Assembly (NCBI GenBank): GCA_949745795.1
Contig: CATKAZ010000110.1
Location: 10,723 to 74,722 of the forward strand
Origin: an uncultured Oscillospiraceae bacterium
Lineage (GTDB): Bacteria > Bacillota > Clostridia > Oscillospirales > Ruminococcaceae
Reading direction: 5' to 3'
DNA: 64,000 bases
Positions 49,093-57,453 of the stretch are shown here, piece by piece. Each line of letters opens with the position of its first letter. Position 1 is the stretch's first letter. Made by a program: the position numbers and the translations under genes. Under the pieces are notes generated by a model, which was not told where the DNA came from, made no database searches, and worked only from the letters and a program-made list of their open reading frames with translations.

Positions 49093-49461
49093 ATGGCTTC
49101 AGAAAAGATTTTAAAGTTTATTGAAGATATTAAAGCTCTTTCAGTTCTGGAACTTGCTGAACTGGTTGACGCTATTCAGGAAGAATTTGGTGTAACAGCA
49201 GCTGTTGCTGCTGCTCCAGCTGCCGGCGGCGCTGCTGCTGCTGAAGAAAAGACAGAATTCGACGTTGTTCTGGCTTCATTCGGCGACGCTAAGATGCCTG
49301 TTATTAAGGCTGTTAAGGATGCTCTCGGTCTTGGTCTGAAGGAAGCTAAGGAAGTTGTTGAATCAGCTCCTAAGGCTCTTAAGGAAGGCGTTTCTAAGGC
49401 AGAAGCTGAAGAACTTAAGGCTAAGCTTGAAGAAGCAGGCGCTACAATCGAAATCAAGTAA
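49093..49461 (+). CDS. rplL: 50S ribosomal protein L7/L12
   Basis: 122 aa with an Ala-rich hinge ([18 protein letters not shown]) and C-terminal [35 protein letters not shown]. Confidence 0.95.
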   Translation: MASEKILKFIEDIKALSVLELAELVDAIQEEFGVTAAVAAAPAAGGAAAAEEKTEFDVVLASFGDAKMPVIKAVKDALGLGLKEAKEVVESAPKALKEGVSKAEAEELKAKLEEAGATIEIK

Positions 49462-49479
49462 TTTTATTACTGATACATT

Positions 49480-49511
49480 AAAACTCCGACTATTTTCAGT
49501 CGGAGTTTTTT
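49480..49511. terminator. Bidirectional intrinsic terminator (rplL on plus, bofA on minus)
   Basis: AAACTCCGACT / AGTCGGAGTTT stem with T-runs on both strands. Confidence 0.8.
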
Positions 49512-49513
49512 GT

Positions 49514-49768
49514 CTATAAAAACATATTTACCGCTGTAATAAGTATTACTCCGGGTATACCCAAAACAAGAGAAATCATAGTATTAAAAAGATTCAACGG
49601 CGGAGAAAATCCTATATGACTTCCAAAATAGTGCATAAGCATAAGCACCATACCTCCGGAAAGCATACCGAAAAAAACTGATTTTATGGTGTGTTTTCTT
49701 TTAGCATAATACCGAAGCATTATAATTCCTGCCAATATCCACATTCCTTTAAATATTATATCATTCAT
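49514..49768 (-). CDS. bofA: BofA-family pro-sigma-K processing inhibitor (sporulation)
   Basis: 84 aa two-TM protein with ...NLFNTMISLVLGIPGVILITAVNMF, resembling the BofA C-terminal motif. Confidence 0.6.
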   Translation of the reverse strand: MNDIIFKGMWILAGIIMLRYYAKRKHTIKSVFFGMLSGGMVLMLMHYFGSHIGFSPPLNLFNTMISLVLGIPGVILITAVNMFL

Positions 49769-49786
49769 TATGATTCTCCTTTTCTT

Positions 49787-50140
49787 TTACATCAATATAT
49801 AACCCAGTGAAATAAGCAGCTTAAGATCTGCACCTTCCTTGGCAAGAATAAATATTAGAGCTATTATAATAATTTTATCATTATCGAGTTTACCGTCTGT
49901 AAAAATACCCGACAGCAGTCCATTTAATGGATTGCTGTTATTTTTATATGAAACAGACGATGAAGTTTTATTAAAATTATTTTTACTTTCATCGTTTTTT
50001 ACAAAGGTTTCAGAAGAAACAGTCGGATTTTCCCGTGCTTGTACATTGTTTTTATTATGACCTGAACGACTATGCATTTCACGAGTACGCCTTAAAGCGT
50101 CCTGGCGCATAAAATTTATATCTTGCTTACTGTAATCCAT
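49787..50140 (-). CDS. Small hypothetical protein with a low-complexity N-terminus and hydrophobic C-terminus
   Basis: I chose the start MDYSKQD (RBS AGGGGGAAG) rather than the ORF-track start at 50170. The C-terminus is IIIIALIFILAKEGADLKLLISLGYILM. Confidence 0.5.
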   Translation of the reverse strand: MDYSKQDINFMRQDALRRTREMHSRSGHNKNNVQARENPTVSSETFVKNDESKNNFNKTSSSVSYKNNSNPLNGLLSGIFTDGKLDNDKIIIIALIFILAKEGADLKLLISLGYILM

Positions 50141-50156
50141 AACTTCCCCCTTTCCC

Positions 50157-50546
50157 TCAGAAAAAATCACTTAACATTCCGCTGTCTTTAAGCACGGTCC
50201 ATACTGCAAAAAGCTTAAGCATTTTCACTGCTTTGTCAACCTTTGACTGCCTCTCTTCCCTTAAAAGCGGTTTGAGTGCTAAAAGAAATTCTGCATTTTT
50301 ATCATTAGACGCTTTACTCATAATTTCTTGTACTTTTAAAATTTTTGCAAAATCAAAGCCTCCCATATCAAGACCGGAAATACCGCTTAGAAGTCCCCCG
50401 CCTTCATTATTTGAATCTGAATCATCACTTTTTTTCGTATCGTTATTATCATCAGAGGAGGAGAACATTTGCGCCAGTTCACTTATCTGCTTCATACTTT
50501 CTTCGTCCGATAACATCTCCTGAATTTTACCCATTAGATTATCCAT
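50157..50546 (-). CDS. Small hypothetical acidic protein
   Basis: 129 aa with RBS GGAGGAGGG upstream, a helical N-terminus, an Asp/Ser/Asn-rich linker and a conserved-looking C-terminus LLALKPLLREERQSKVDKAVKMLKL. Confidence 0.5.
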   Translation of the reverse strand: MDNLMGKIQEMLSDEESMKQISELAQMFSSSDDNNDTKKSDDSDSNNEGGGLLSGISGLDMGGFDFAKILKVQEIMSKASNDKNAEFLLALKPLLREERQSKVDKAVKMLKLFAVWTVLKDSGMLSDFF

Positions 50547-50648
50547 TTAAATTGTTCCCTCCTCCTTAAACCTTTTTATACAGCGCCGCACAAAATTGTA
50601 TGGCAGCTATACATACATACCCAAATATAACGTGTATTCAGTGCGGCA

Positions 50649-50894
50649 TTATTTTCCTCCGGTTATTTTTTTATAAAGCGCCTGTGCCTGAGGTGTTGAA
50701 ATAATTTTTTCAACCAACTTAGGATTATTCATAACCTGTTTGAATTTTGCAGACTCGCTGCTGCTCATATTATTAATTGCTGCGTCAAATTTTCCTTCCT
50801 CAAGCTGTTTCTTCAGAGTATCTGCCGGAACATTTAATTTTTTGCTGACAACCTTTAAAAGTTCCTCAGCATTTTTAGAATCAATCTTAGACAT
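50649..50894 (-). CDS. Small hypothetical helical protein (81 aa)
   Basis: I chose the start MSKIDSKNAEELLK (RBS GAAAGAGG). The protein is Lys-rich and predicted helical. Confidence 0.5.
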   Translation of the reverse strand: MSKIDSKNAEELLKVVSKKLNVPADTLKKQLEEGKFDAAINNMSSSESAKFKQVMNNPKLVEKIISTPQAQALYKKITGGK

Positions 50895-51026
50895 AAGTAA
50901 AACCTCTTTCCGAAATAAATTATGTTTTCTTTTGTGAAACGCCCTAAAAACCATTGTAATTATTCTATATTTATGTTATAATTTTTTTATATATAACCTC
51001 TGCAAACAAATTTTAAGGAGTATCCT

Positions 51027-51503
51027 ATGAAAATTATAATTATGTCTGATTCACATAATAATTATTTTGTATTAGAAAAAATTGTACAGAATTTTTATGC
51101 TGATCTATATATACATTTAGGTGACGGTGAACGGGAATTAAACCGTATTTATACTCAATTTCCCGATAAAAAATTTATTTATATCGCCGGAAACTGTGAT
51201 TTTGCAAGCTTGAGTGAAAAAGAACTTCTTTTTACTCCGGACGACCAAAACTGCATTTTTGCTGTTCACGGTCATCAATACGGTGTAAAGTCTTCCATTG
51301 AGCCGCTTAAAAAAATTGCCAGAGAAAAAGGTGCAAATATTCTTCTTTACGGGCATACACATTCGAGATTTAACGAATATGATAACGGTCTTTATACAAT
51401 GAATCCCGGAAGTGTTTCATGTCCCCGTGATGGGAAACGACCTTCCTTCGGAATCATTGATATCGCAAAAAACGGCATTGTTACAAATATCGTTGACCTC
51501 TAA
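51027..51503 (+). CDS. YfcE/MJ0936-family metallophosphoesterase
   Basis: 158 aa with motifs IMSDSHNN, GDGE, GNCD and GHTH. Confidence 0.85.
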   Translation: MKIIIMSDSHNNYFVLEKIVQNFYADLYIHLGDGERELNRIYTQFPDKKFIYIAGNCDFASLSEKELLFTPDDQNCIFAVHGHQYGVKSSIEPLKKIAREKGANILLYGHTHSRFNEYDNGLYTMNPGSVSCPRDGKRPSFGIIDIAKNGIVTNIVDL

Positions 51504-51566
51504 TTTATTATATTCAAAATATATAGAAATGTTACTGACAACAAAAGAAAGGACAAACAAAATAAT

Positions 51567-54008
51567 ATGAATACAAGTATACTTGTTAATTCCCGTAAAG
51601 AAGAAAAATATTTTAAAGCTTTTATAATAGGCTTTTTATCACTATTTCTCGTGATTCTCCCTATAATAATTTATACCGGAGGATATTACATGTACTATGG
51701 GGACTACAACTCCCAGCAAATTCCGTTTTATGTACATGCGCAGGATTTCATCAGAAATGAAGGTCTTGGCTGGGACTGGGGTACTGACCTTGGCTCTAAT
51801 TTTTTAGGCTCATATTCATTTTATCTCTTGGGAAGTCCGTTTTTTTGGCTGACTGTTCCCCTGCCGAATAATCTTGTAGTATTTGCAATGCCTGTATTGC
51901 TCGCCATAAAGCATGGTATAGCCGCCCTTACCGGATATGCGTTTATAAGAAGATTTGTAAGAAATAAAAATGCAGCACTAATCGGAGGCCTGCTTTATGC
52001 ATTTTCCGGATTTCAGCTTTTTAATATCTTCTTTAACCATTTTCAGGACGTAACAGCCTTTTTCCCTTTAATGCTTATTGCACTGGAAGAAAGAATTAAT
52101 AATAACAGAAGAGGATTATTTGCAGCGACTGTAGCGCTTATGGGAATAATAAATTATTTCTTCTTTACAGGTCAGGCTGTTTTTGTAATACTTTATATTA
52201 TCGTAAGGCTTAAATCCCCTGATTTTAATATTACATGGAAGAAATTTTTCGGACTGGTCCTTGAAGCGGTAATCGGAGTTATGATTGCCATGTTTATGCT
52301 TCTGCCTTCCGCTTTGGCGATTCTCGGAAATTATAGAATAAATGAAAGACTTTACGGTCTGGATCTTATCGCATACAGCGATAAAACCCGTATTTTAAGA
52401 ATAATACAGAGCTTCTTCATGATTCCCGACGTTCCCGCAAGACCGAACCTGTTCAGTTCGGACGGAGCGAAATGGGCGTCAATCGGCGGCTATCTGCCTA
52501 TGTTTTCTATGGCAGGTGTAATTGCCTTTGCAAAATCCAAGAAAAAACACTGGTCAGTTAAGCTTGTATTAATATGTATGATTTGTGCATTTGTTCCGAT
52601 TTTAAACAGCGCTTTCTATACTTTTAACAGTTCTTACTACGCAAGATGGTTCTATATGCCTATTCTTATCATGGCAATGATGACTGCTCAGGCTCTTGAT
52701 GACAAAACAATAAATCTAAGAAACGGAATAAAGGTCTGCGGCATCGTAATGGCAGGACTTGCTGTCATCTCTATTCTCCCTAAAAAGACAGATGACAAAG
52801 TTTCATGGTTTGAATTTGCAAACTATCCGGCTTATTTCGCAGTAATTCTTTTCATTTCCATTGTCGGACTTGCTTTGCTTTACTGTATTGACAGACTTAA
52901 AAGAAAAGGCAGAACCTACATGACCTCTGCACTGATTTCAACAATTGTCTGCTGTGCAGTATGTACAGCGTCGGTAATATATTTCGGAATCACCCTGGGC
53001 TCATATCCTTCAACATATATAAACAACGGAATAAACGGCAAAGAAAATATTACTCTTGAGGAAGAGCAAAATCAGTACTTCCGAATCGATATTTCAGAAA
53101 ATTACGATAACTATCCTATGTTTTGGGGATATTCTTCAATGCGGGCATTTCAAAGTATTGTCCCGGGTAGCATAATGGAATTTTATCCGCAGATCGGAGT
53201 AACACGAGATGTTGCTTCAAGAGCTCCTCTAGAAAAAAATACTATCAGAGGTCTTTTCTCTGTTAAATATTTCTTTGATAAAGTATATTCAGACAAGGAG
53301 GAAACTTATACCTATATCTGTGATCTTCCGGGCTTTGAATATAAAAACACTCAAAATGGATTTTATGTATATGAAAATAAATACTATCTCCCTATGGGTT
53401 TTACTTATGATAATTATATAACAGAAGAATCTGCTGCCAATCAATCGGAACAAACAAGAGAGCGTCTGCTGCTGCGTGCTTTGATACTCAGTGATAAACA
53501 GGCAGAAAAGTATTCGGATATTATTACTAAGCTTCCATCCGATAAAACTATCGGTCTTAACGATTCAACCTATATTCAAGATTGTATAGAACGAAGAAAG
53601 GAAGTATGCTCGAAATTCACATACGATTCAGACGGATTTGACGCTGAAATTTCACTTGATACATCAAAACTGGTATTTTTCAGCGTACCTTATGACAAAG
53701 GCTGGACTGCGTATGTAAACGGAAAGCCTGCCGACATTGAAAAAGTAAGCTACGGCTTTATGGCAGTAAAGGCAGATACCGGAAAAAATACAATCGAATT
53801 CAGGTATGAAACTCCGGGACTGAAAACCGGCGCTGTAATTTCATTAATCGGATTAATATGCCTTACAGCATATATAATTATATTCAGAAAGAAAAAGGAT
53901 ATTGAATTTGGTTATTCACACTGCTATGATTACAGTAAAGATTATTCATGCAGTATGGAGGAACAGTATTTAAATAAAAAGACAGCAAACTGCAAAACGG
54001 AGGAATAA
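51567..54008 (+). CDS. YfhO-family polytopic membrane protein (putative GT-C glycosyltransferase), second paralog
   Basis: 813 aa with the same architecture as 16089-18782: a multi-TM N-terminus, an extracytoplasmic domain with ...YYLPMGF..., and C-terminal ...FRYETPGLKTGAVISLIG (TM). Confidence 0.75.
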   Translation: MNTSILVNSRKEEKYFKAFIIGFLSLFLVILPIIIYTGGYYMYYGDYNSQQIPFYVHAQDFIRNEGLGWDWGTDLGSNFLGSYSFYLLGSPFFWLTVPLPNNLVVFAMPVLLAIKHGIAALTGYAFIRRFVRNKNAALIGGLLYAFSGFQLFNIFFNHFQDVTAFFPLMLIALEERINNNRRGLFAATVALMGIINYFFFTGQAVFVILYIIVRLKSPDFNITWKKFFGLVLEAVIGVMIAMFMLLPSALAILGNYRINERLYGLDLIAYSDKTRILRIIQSFFMIPDVPARPNLFSSDGAKWASIGGYLPMFSMAGVIAFAKSKKKHWSVKLVLICMICAFVPILNSAFYTFNSSYYARWFYMPILIMAMMTAQALDDKTINLRNGIKVCGIVMAGLAVISILPKKTDDKVSWFEFANYPAYFAVILFISIVGLALLYCIDRLKRKGRTYMTSALISTIVCCAVCTASVIYFGITLGSYPSTYINNGINGKENITLEEEQNQYFRIDISENYDNYPMFWGYSSMRAFQSIVPGSIMEFYPQIGVTRDVASRAPLEKNTIRGLFSVKYFFDKVYSDKEETYTYICDLPGFEYKNTQNGFYVYENKYYLPMGFTYDNYITEESAANQSEQTRERLLLRALILSDKQAEKYSDIITKLPSDKTIGLNDSTYIQDCIERRKEVCSKFTYDSDGFDAEISLDTSKLVFFSVPYDKGWTAYVNGKPADIEKVSYGFMAVKADTGKNTIEFRYETPGLKTGAVISLIGLICLTAYIIIFRKKKDIEFGYSHCYDYSKDYSCSMEEQYLNKKTANCKTEE

Positions 54009-54010
54009 AA

Positions 54011-54556
54011 ATGCATCTTGAAGAAAAAACAGTAAGCAGTGAAAGTATATATAAGGGAAGAATTTTTGAAGTGACCAAAGATACCGCTCTGCTGGAAAAC
54101 GGCAAGGAAGTGTTCAGAGACGTTGTTCACCATTCCGGAGGAGTTACTGTTATTCCGATTACCGATAAAAACGAAATTCTTATGGTTAAGCAGTACAGAT
54201 ACCCTCATCACAAAGCCATGCTGGAAATACCTGCCGGGAAAATCGAACCCGGTGAAAAGCATTATGACTGCGGAAAAAGAGAGCTTCTGGAGGAAACAGG
54301 ATGTACCTGCAAAACTTATAAATATCTGGGAGAAATTATTCCGACTCCCGCATATGTAAGCGAGGTTATTCACCTCTATATCGCAAATGGACTTGAATTT
54401 TCCAAACAGAATCTAGATGAGGACGAATTTCTTGACGTTGAAAAAATACCAATGGAAAAGGCCGTAGAAATGGTAATGAGCGGAGAAATTACCGATTCAA
54501 AAACTCAAATCGGTGTTCTTAAAGCCTGGTATCTGTCAAAAAATAACCTGCCGTAA
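54011..54556 (+). CDS. NUDIX hydrolase (ADP-ribose pyrophosphatase type)
   Basis: 181 aa with the Nudix box GKIEPGEKHYDCGKRELLEETG. Confidence 0.85.
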   Translation: MHLEEKTVSSESIYKGRIFEVTKDTALLENGKEVFRDVVHHSGGVTVIPITDKNEILMVKQYRYPHHKAMLEIPAGKIEPGEKHYDCGKRELLEETGCTCKTYKYLGEIIPTPAYVSEVIHLYIANGLEFSKQNLDEDEFLDVEKIPMEKAVEMVMSGEITDSKTQIGVLKAWYLSKNNLP

Positions 54557-54578
54557 TACGACAGGTTAAGTAAAAGAT

Positions 54579-54863
54579 TTACACTACTTGTGCTTCCGCT
54601 TCGGATATAGCTATATGACGGTTATATGCATCTAATATCTGATCTTCAATAAGCTTTCTTGCACTCGGTGAAATGGGATGTACAATATCACGGAATACTC
54701 CGTTTTCATCCTTTCGGCTTGGCATTGCCACAAAAAGTCTTTCATCGCCCTGAACGATTTTGATATCATGCACTGCCAATGTATCTTCCAAAGTTATGGA
54801 AACAATTGCTCTTAATCTCCCTTCGGAAATTGTTTTCCTGATTTTAATATCCGAAATATCCAT
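54579..54863 (-). CDS. spoVG: Septation/sporulation regulator SpoVG
   Basis: 94 aa: MDISDIKIRK...LRAIVSITLEDTLAVHDIKIVQGDERLFVAMPSRK. Confidence 0.92.
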   Translation of the reverse strand: MDISDIKIRKTISEGRLRAIVSITLEDTLAVHDIKIVQGDERLFVAMPSRKDENGVFRDIVHPISPSARKLIEDQILDAYNRHIAISEAEAQVV

Positions 54864-54969
54864 AAAATTATGACCTCCTTGAAACGTTTACATGGATATT
54901 ATTGAACGCAGACGGGGAAAATATGCATATAATATAGAAATAAAATTGCTAAGGATAGGATTTGATAAT

Positions 54970-56388
54970 ATGAATAAAGATATTTTAAAGGATAAAAAAC
55001 ATATACATTTTATCGGTATCGGCGGTTCGGGCATGTATCCGCTGGCACAGATTCTTCACTCGCAAGGATACTATCTTACAGGTTCTGATAATAATGAAAC
55101 AGAAACGCTTGAAGCTGTCAGAAAAATGGGAATTCCCGTATTTATGGGGCAGTGTGCTGAAAATATTGAAGGAGCAGACCTTATCGTCCATACTGCCGCC
55201 ATTATGGACGATAATCCGGAACTCATTGCAGCCAAGGCTTCAAATGCTCCTGTACTTGAAAGAAGCGAACTATTAGGCATTGTAACCGGCTGGTATAACA
55301 ATGCTATCTGCGTTTCCGGTACACATGGGAAAACAACCACTACTTCCATGATAACTCAGATCCTTTACACCGCCGGAGTAGATCTATCGGCATTTATAGG
55401 CGGAAAGCTTCCATGCATCGGAGGAAGCGGACGTGCGGGAAAAAGCGATATAATGGTATGTGAAGCATGCGAATTTGTTGATACTTTTTTAAAGCTTTAT
55501 CCTGATGCCGCAGTAATTTTGAATATCGACGAGGATCATCTTGACTACTTTAAAAACCTTGAAAATATTATAAAGTCCTTTCGTAAATTCAGTAAAATGG
55601 CAACAAGAGCACTGATAATCAACGGCGATGATAACAATACTCTTAAAGCGGTTGAAGGTATTACAGGAAAAGAATTTATAACATTCGGTCTTGATTCAAA
55701 AAATAATTATTACGCATCCGATATAAAGAGAATTTCCGGTATGGAAACAGAATATACGTTAATGCATAATGGAGAAGCTTTGGGAAAAATCAATCTGCAC
55801 GTTGCCGGTATACACAACATTTTAAATTCTCTTGCCGCCGCCGCCGCTGCTTTCTATGCAAGAGTACCTTTTGAAAGTATACAAAAAGGTCTTTCCGATT
55901 TCAGAGGTGCAGGCAGACGCTTTGAGCTTATAGGCAAAGAAAAAGGAATCACAATTGTTGACGATTATGCACATCATCCGACTGAACTTTCCGTTACACT
56001 AAAAGCCGCAATGGATATGGGTTATAATAAAGTATGGGCAGTATTCCAGCCGTTTACATTTTCAAGAACCTCAATTTTACTTGATGATTTCGTAAAGGCA
56101 CTTTCAATTCCGGATGTTGCGGTACTGACAGATATTATGGGTTCCAGAGAAAAAAATACTTACAATATCTATACAAGAAATCTTGCAGAAAAAATAGACA
56201 GCTGTATTTATTTTCCTCAGGACGAAACTGCTGAATACACTGATGAAAGAAAATATGAAAACTTCAATCAGGTTTGTAACTATATATGTGAAAACGCCAA
56301 AGAAGGCGATCTCGTTATTACTTTGGGCTGCGGAGATGTATACAAGGTTGCAAAAATGATATATAAAAAACTGAAAGGTCAGGAATAA
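54970..56388 (+). CDS. murC: UDP-N-acetylmuramate--L-alanine ligase
   Basis: I chose the start MNKDILKDKKHIHFIGIGGSGM. It has the ATP-binding motif GTHGKTTTTSM and the Mur ligase central and C-terminal domains. Confidence 0.92.
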   Translation: MNKDILKDKKHIHFIGIGGSGMYPLAQILHSQGYYLTGSDNNETETLEAVRKMGIPVFMGQCAENIEGADLIVHTAAIMDDNPELIAAKASNAPVLERSELLGIVTGWYNNAICVSGTHGKTTTTSMITQILYTAGVDLSAFIGGKLPCIGGSGRAGKSDIMVCEACEFVDTFLKLYPDAAVILNIDEDHLDYFKNLENIIKSFRKFSKMATRALIINGDDNNTLKAVEGITGKEFITFGLDSKNNYYASDIKRISGMETEYTLMHNGEALGKINLHVAGIHNILNSLAAAAAAFYARVPFESIQKGLSDFRGAGRRFELIGKEKGITIVDDYAHHPTELSVTLKAAMDMGYNKVWAVFQPFTFSRTSILLDDFVKALSIPDVAVLTDIMGSREKNTYNIYTRNLAEKIDSCIYFPQDETAEYTDERKYENFNQVCNYICENAKEGDLVITLGCGDVYKVAKMIYKKLKGQE

Positions 56389-56389
56389 T

Positions 56390-56971
56390 ATGCTTAATGA
56401 AAAAGCTACTGCTATTTATGAATTTATAAAAGATTCCATCAACAACGGATTTCCCCCAACTGTTCGGGAAATATGCAACGCTTTGGATATAAAATCCACT
56501 TCAACCGTGCATAAATATATAAATATATTGGTTGCAGAAGGTTACTTGGAAAAAATGGACAATCACAACCGTGCAATAAAACTAAAAGGCGGCAATAACG
56601 TATCTGTTCCCCTTGTGGGAGATGTCGCCGCCGGACAGCCTATCCTTGCAATAGAAAATATAACCGAGTATATTAATTTTAATACTGATAAAAATTACAG
56701 TAATTCCCTGTTCGCTCTTAAAATCAAAGGAGACAGTATGATAAATATCGGTATTTTCAATGAAGATATTGTAATAGTCGAACAAACTGACTACGCTGAA
56801 AACGGAGAAGTAGTAGTTGCGTTGGTTGATAATGAAAGCGCAACTGTAAAAACATTTTTTAAAGAAGAAAATCACTATAGGTTACAGCCGGAAAATGACA
56901 GTATGAGTCCTATAATTTCAGATAATGTAAAAATTCTCGGAAAGGTCACTGCACTAATCAGATATTTCTAA
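56390..56971 (+). CDS. lexA: SOS repressor LexA
   Basis: 193 aa with a winged HTH (FPPTVREICNALDIKSTSTVHKYI), the cleavage site VAAG|QP and the S24 peptidase motif KIKGDSM. It starts 1 nt after the murC stop. Confidence 0.9.
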   Translation: MLNEKATAIYEFIKDSINNGFPPTVREICNALDIKSTSTVHKYINILVAEGYLEKMDNHNRAIKLKGGNNVSVPLVGDVAAGQPILAIENITEYINFNTDKNYSNSLFALKIKGDSMINIGIFNEDIVIVEQTDYAENGEVVVALVDNESATVKTFFKEENHYRLQPENDSMSPIISDNVKILGKVTALIRYF

Positions 56972-57087
56972 AAATTTCAAAAAAATTTTATATAAGGTAT
57001 TTTCAATTTAAACAAAATATATTATAATAAAAGAAGTATGAAAATTCACTGCGAAAGTTTAATTTTCGCCTGAAAGGATAAATATAA

Positions 57088-57453
57088 ATGCTTAACAGAG
57101 TTAAAGTTATGATTTGCGGCAAAGAGTATATGCTGCAAACTGAAGAACCCCCCAGCTATGTTTACGGACTTGCAAAAATGCTTGAAAAAAGACTTAATGA
57201 TATGTGCTCCGGAAATAGTTCCACTTCGCCTTATGCCGCAGCAGTCATGGTAGCGCTTTCGACCTTAGATGATTTAAGCAAAGCTCAGGGTAACATTGAC
57301 AACATAAGAATGCAGGCAAAAGAATATGTAGACGAGGCAGGCAAAGCACGTATTGAACGTGATGCAGCCTTAAAGGAAATTGAAGTTTTAAAATCAAAAA
57401 TCGAACAGCTTGAAAGCAATCAGCAGCTTAAAAAGCTTAAAGACAGTATATAA
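57088..57453 (+). CDS. zapA: Cell division protein ZapA
   Basis: 121 aa: VKVMICGKEYMLQTEEPPSYVYGLAKMLEKRLNDM plus a C-terminal coiled coil. Confidence 0.75.
   Translation: MLNRVKVMICGKEYMLQTEEPPSYVYGLAKMLEKRLNDMCSGNSSTSPYAAAVMVALSTLDDLSKAQGNIDNIRMQAKEYVDEAGKARIERDAALKEIEVLKSKIEQLESNQQLKKLKDSI

Noticed and set aside
54880-54900. TGAAACGTTTACA near the murC/spoVG divergent region, considered as a LexA (Cheo) box
   Set aside because: It does not fit GAAC-N4-GTTC spacing. It is only a short imperfect palindrome in AT-rich DNA.
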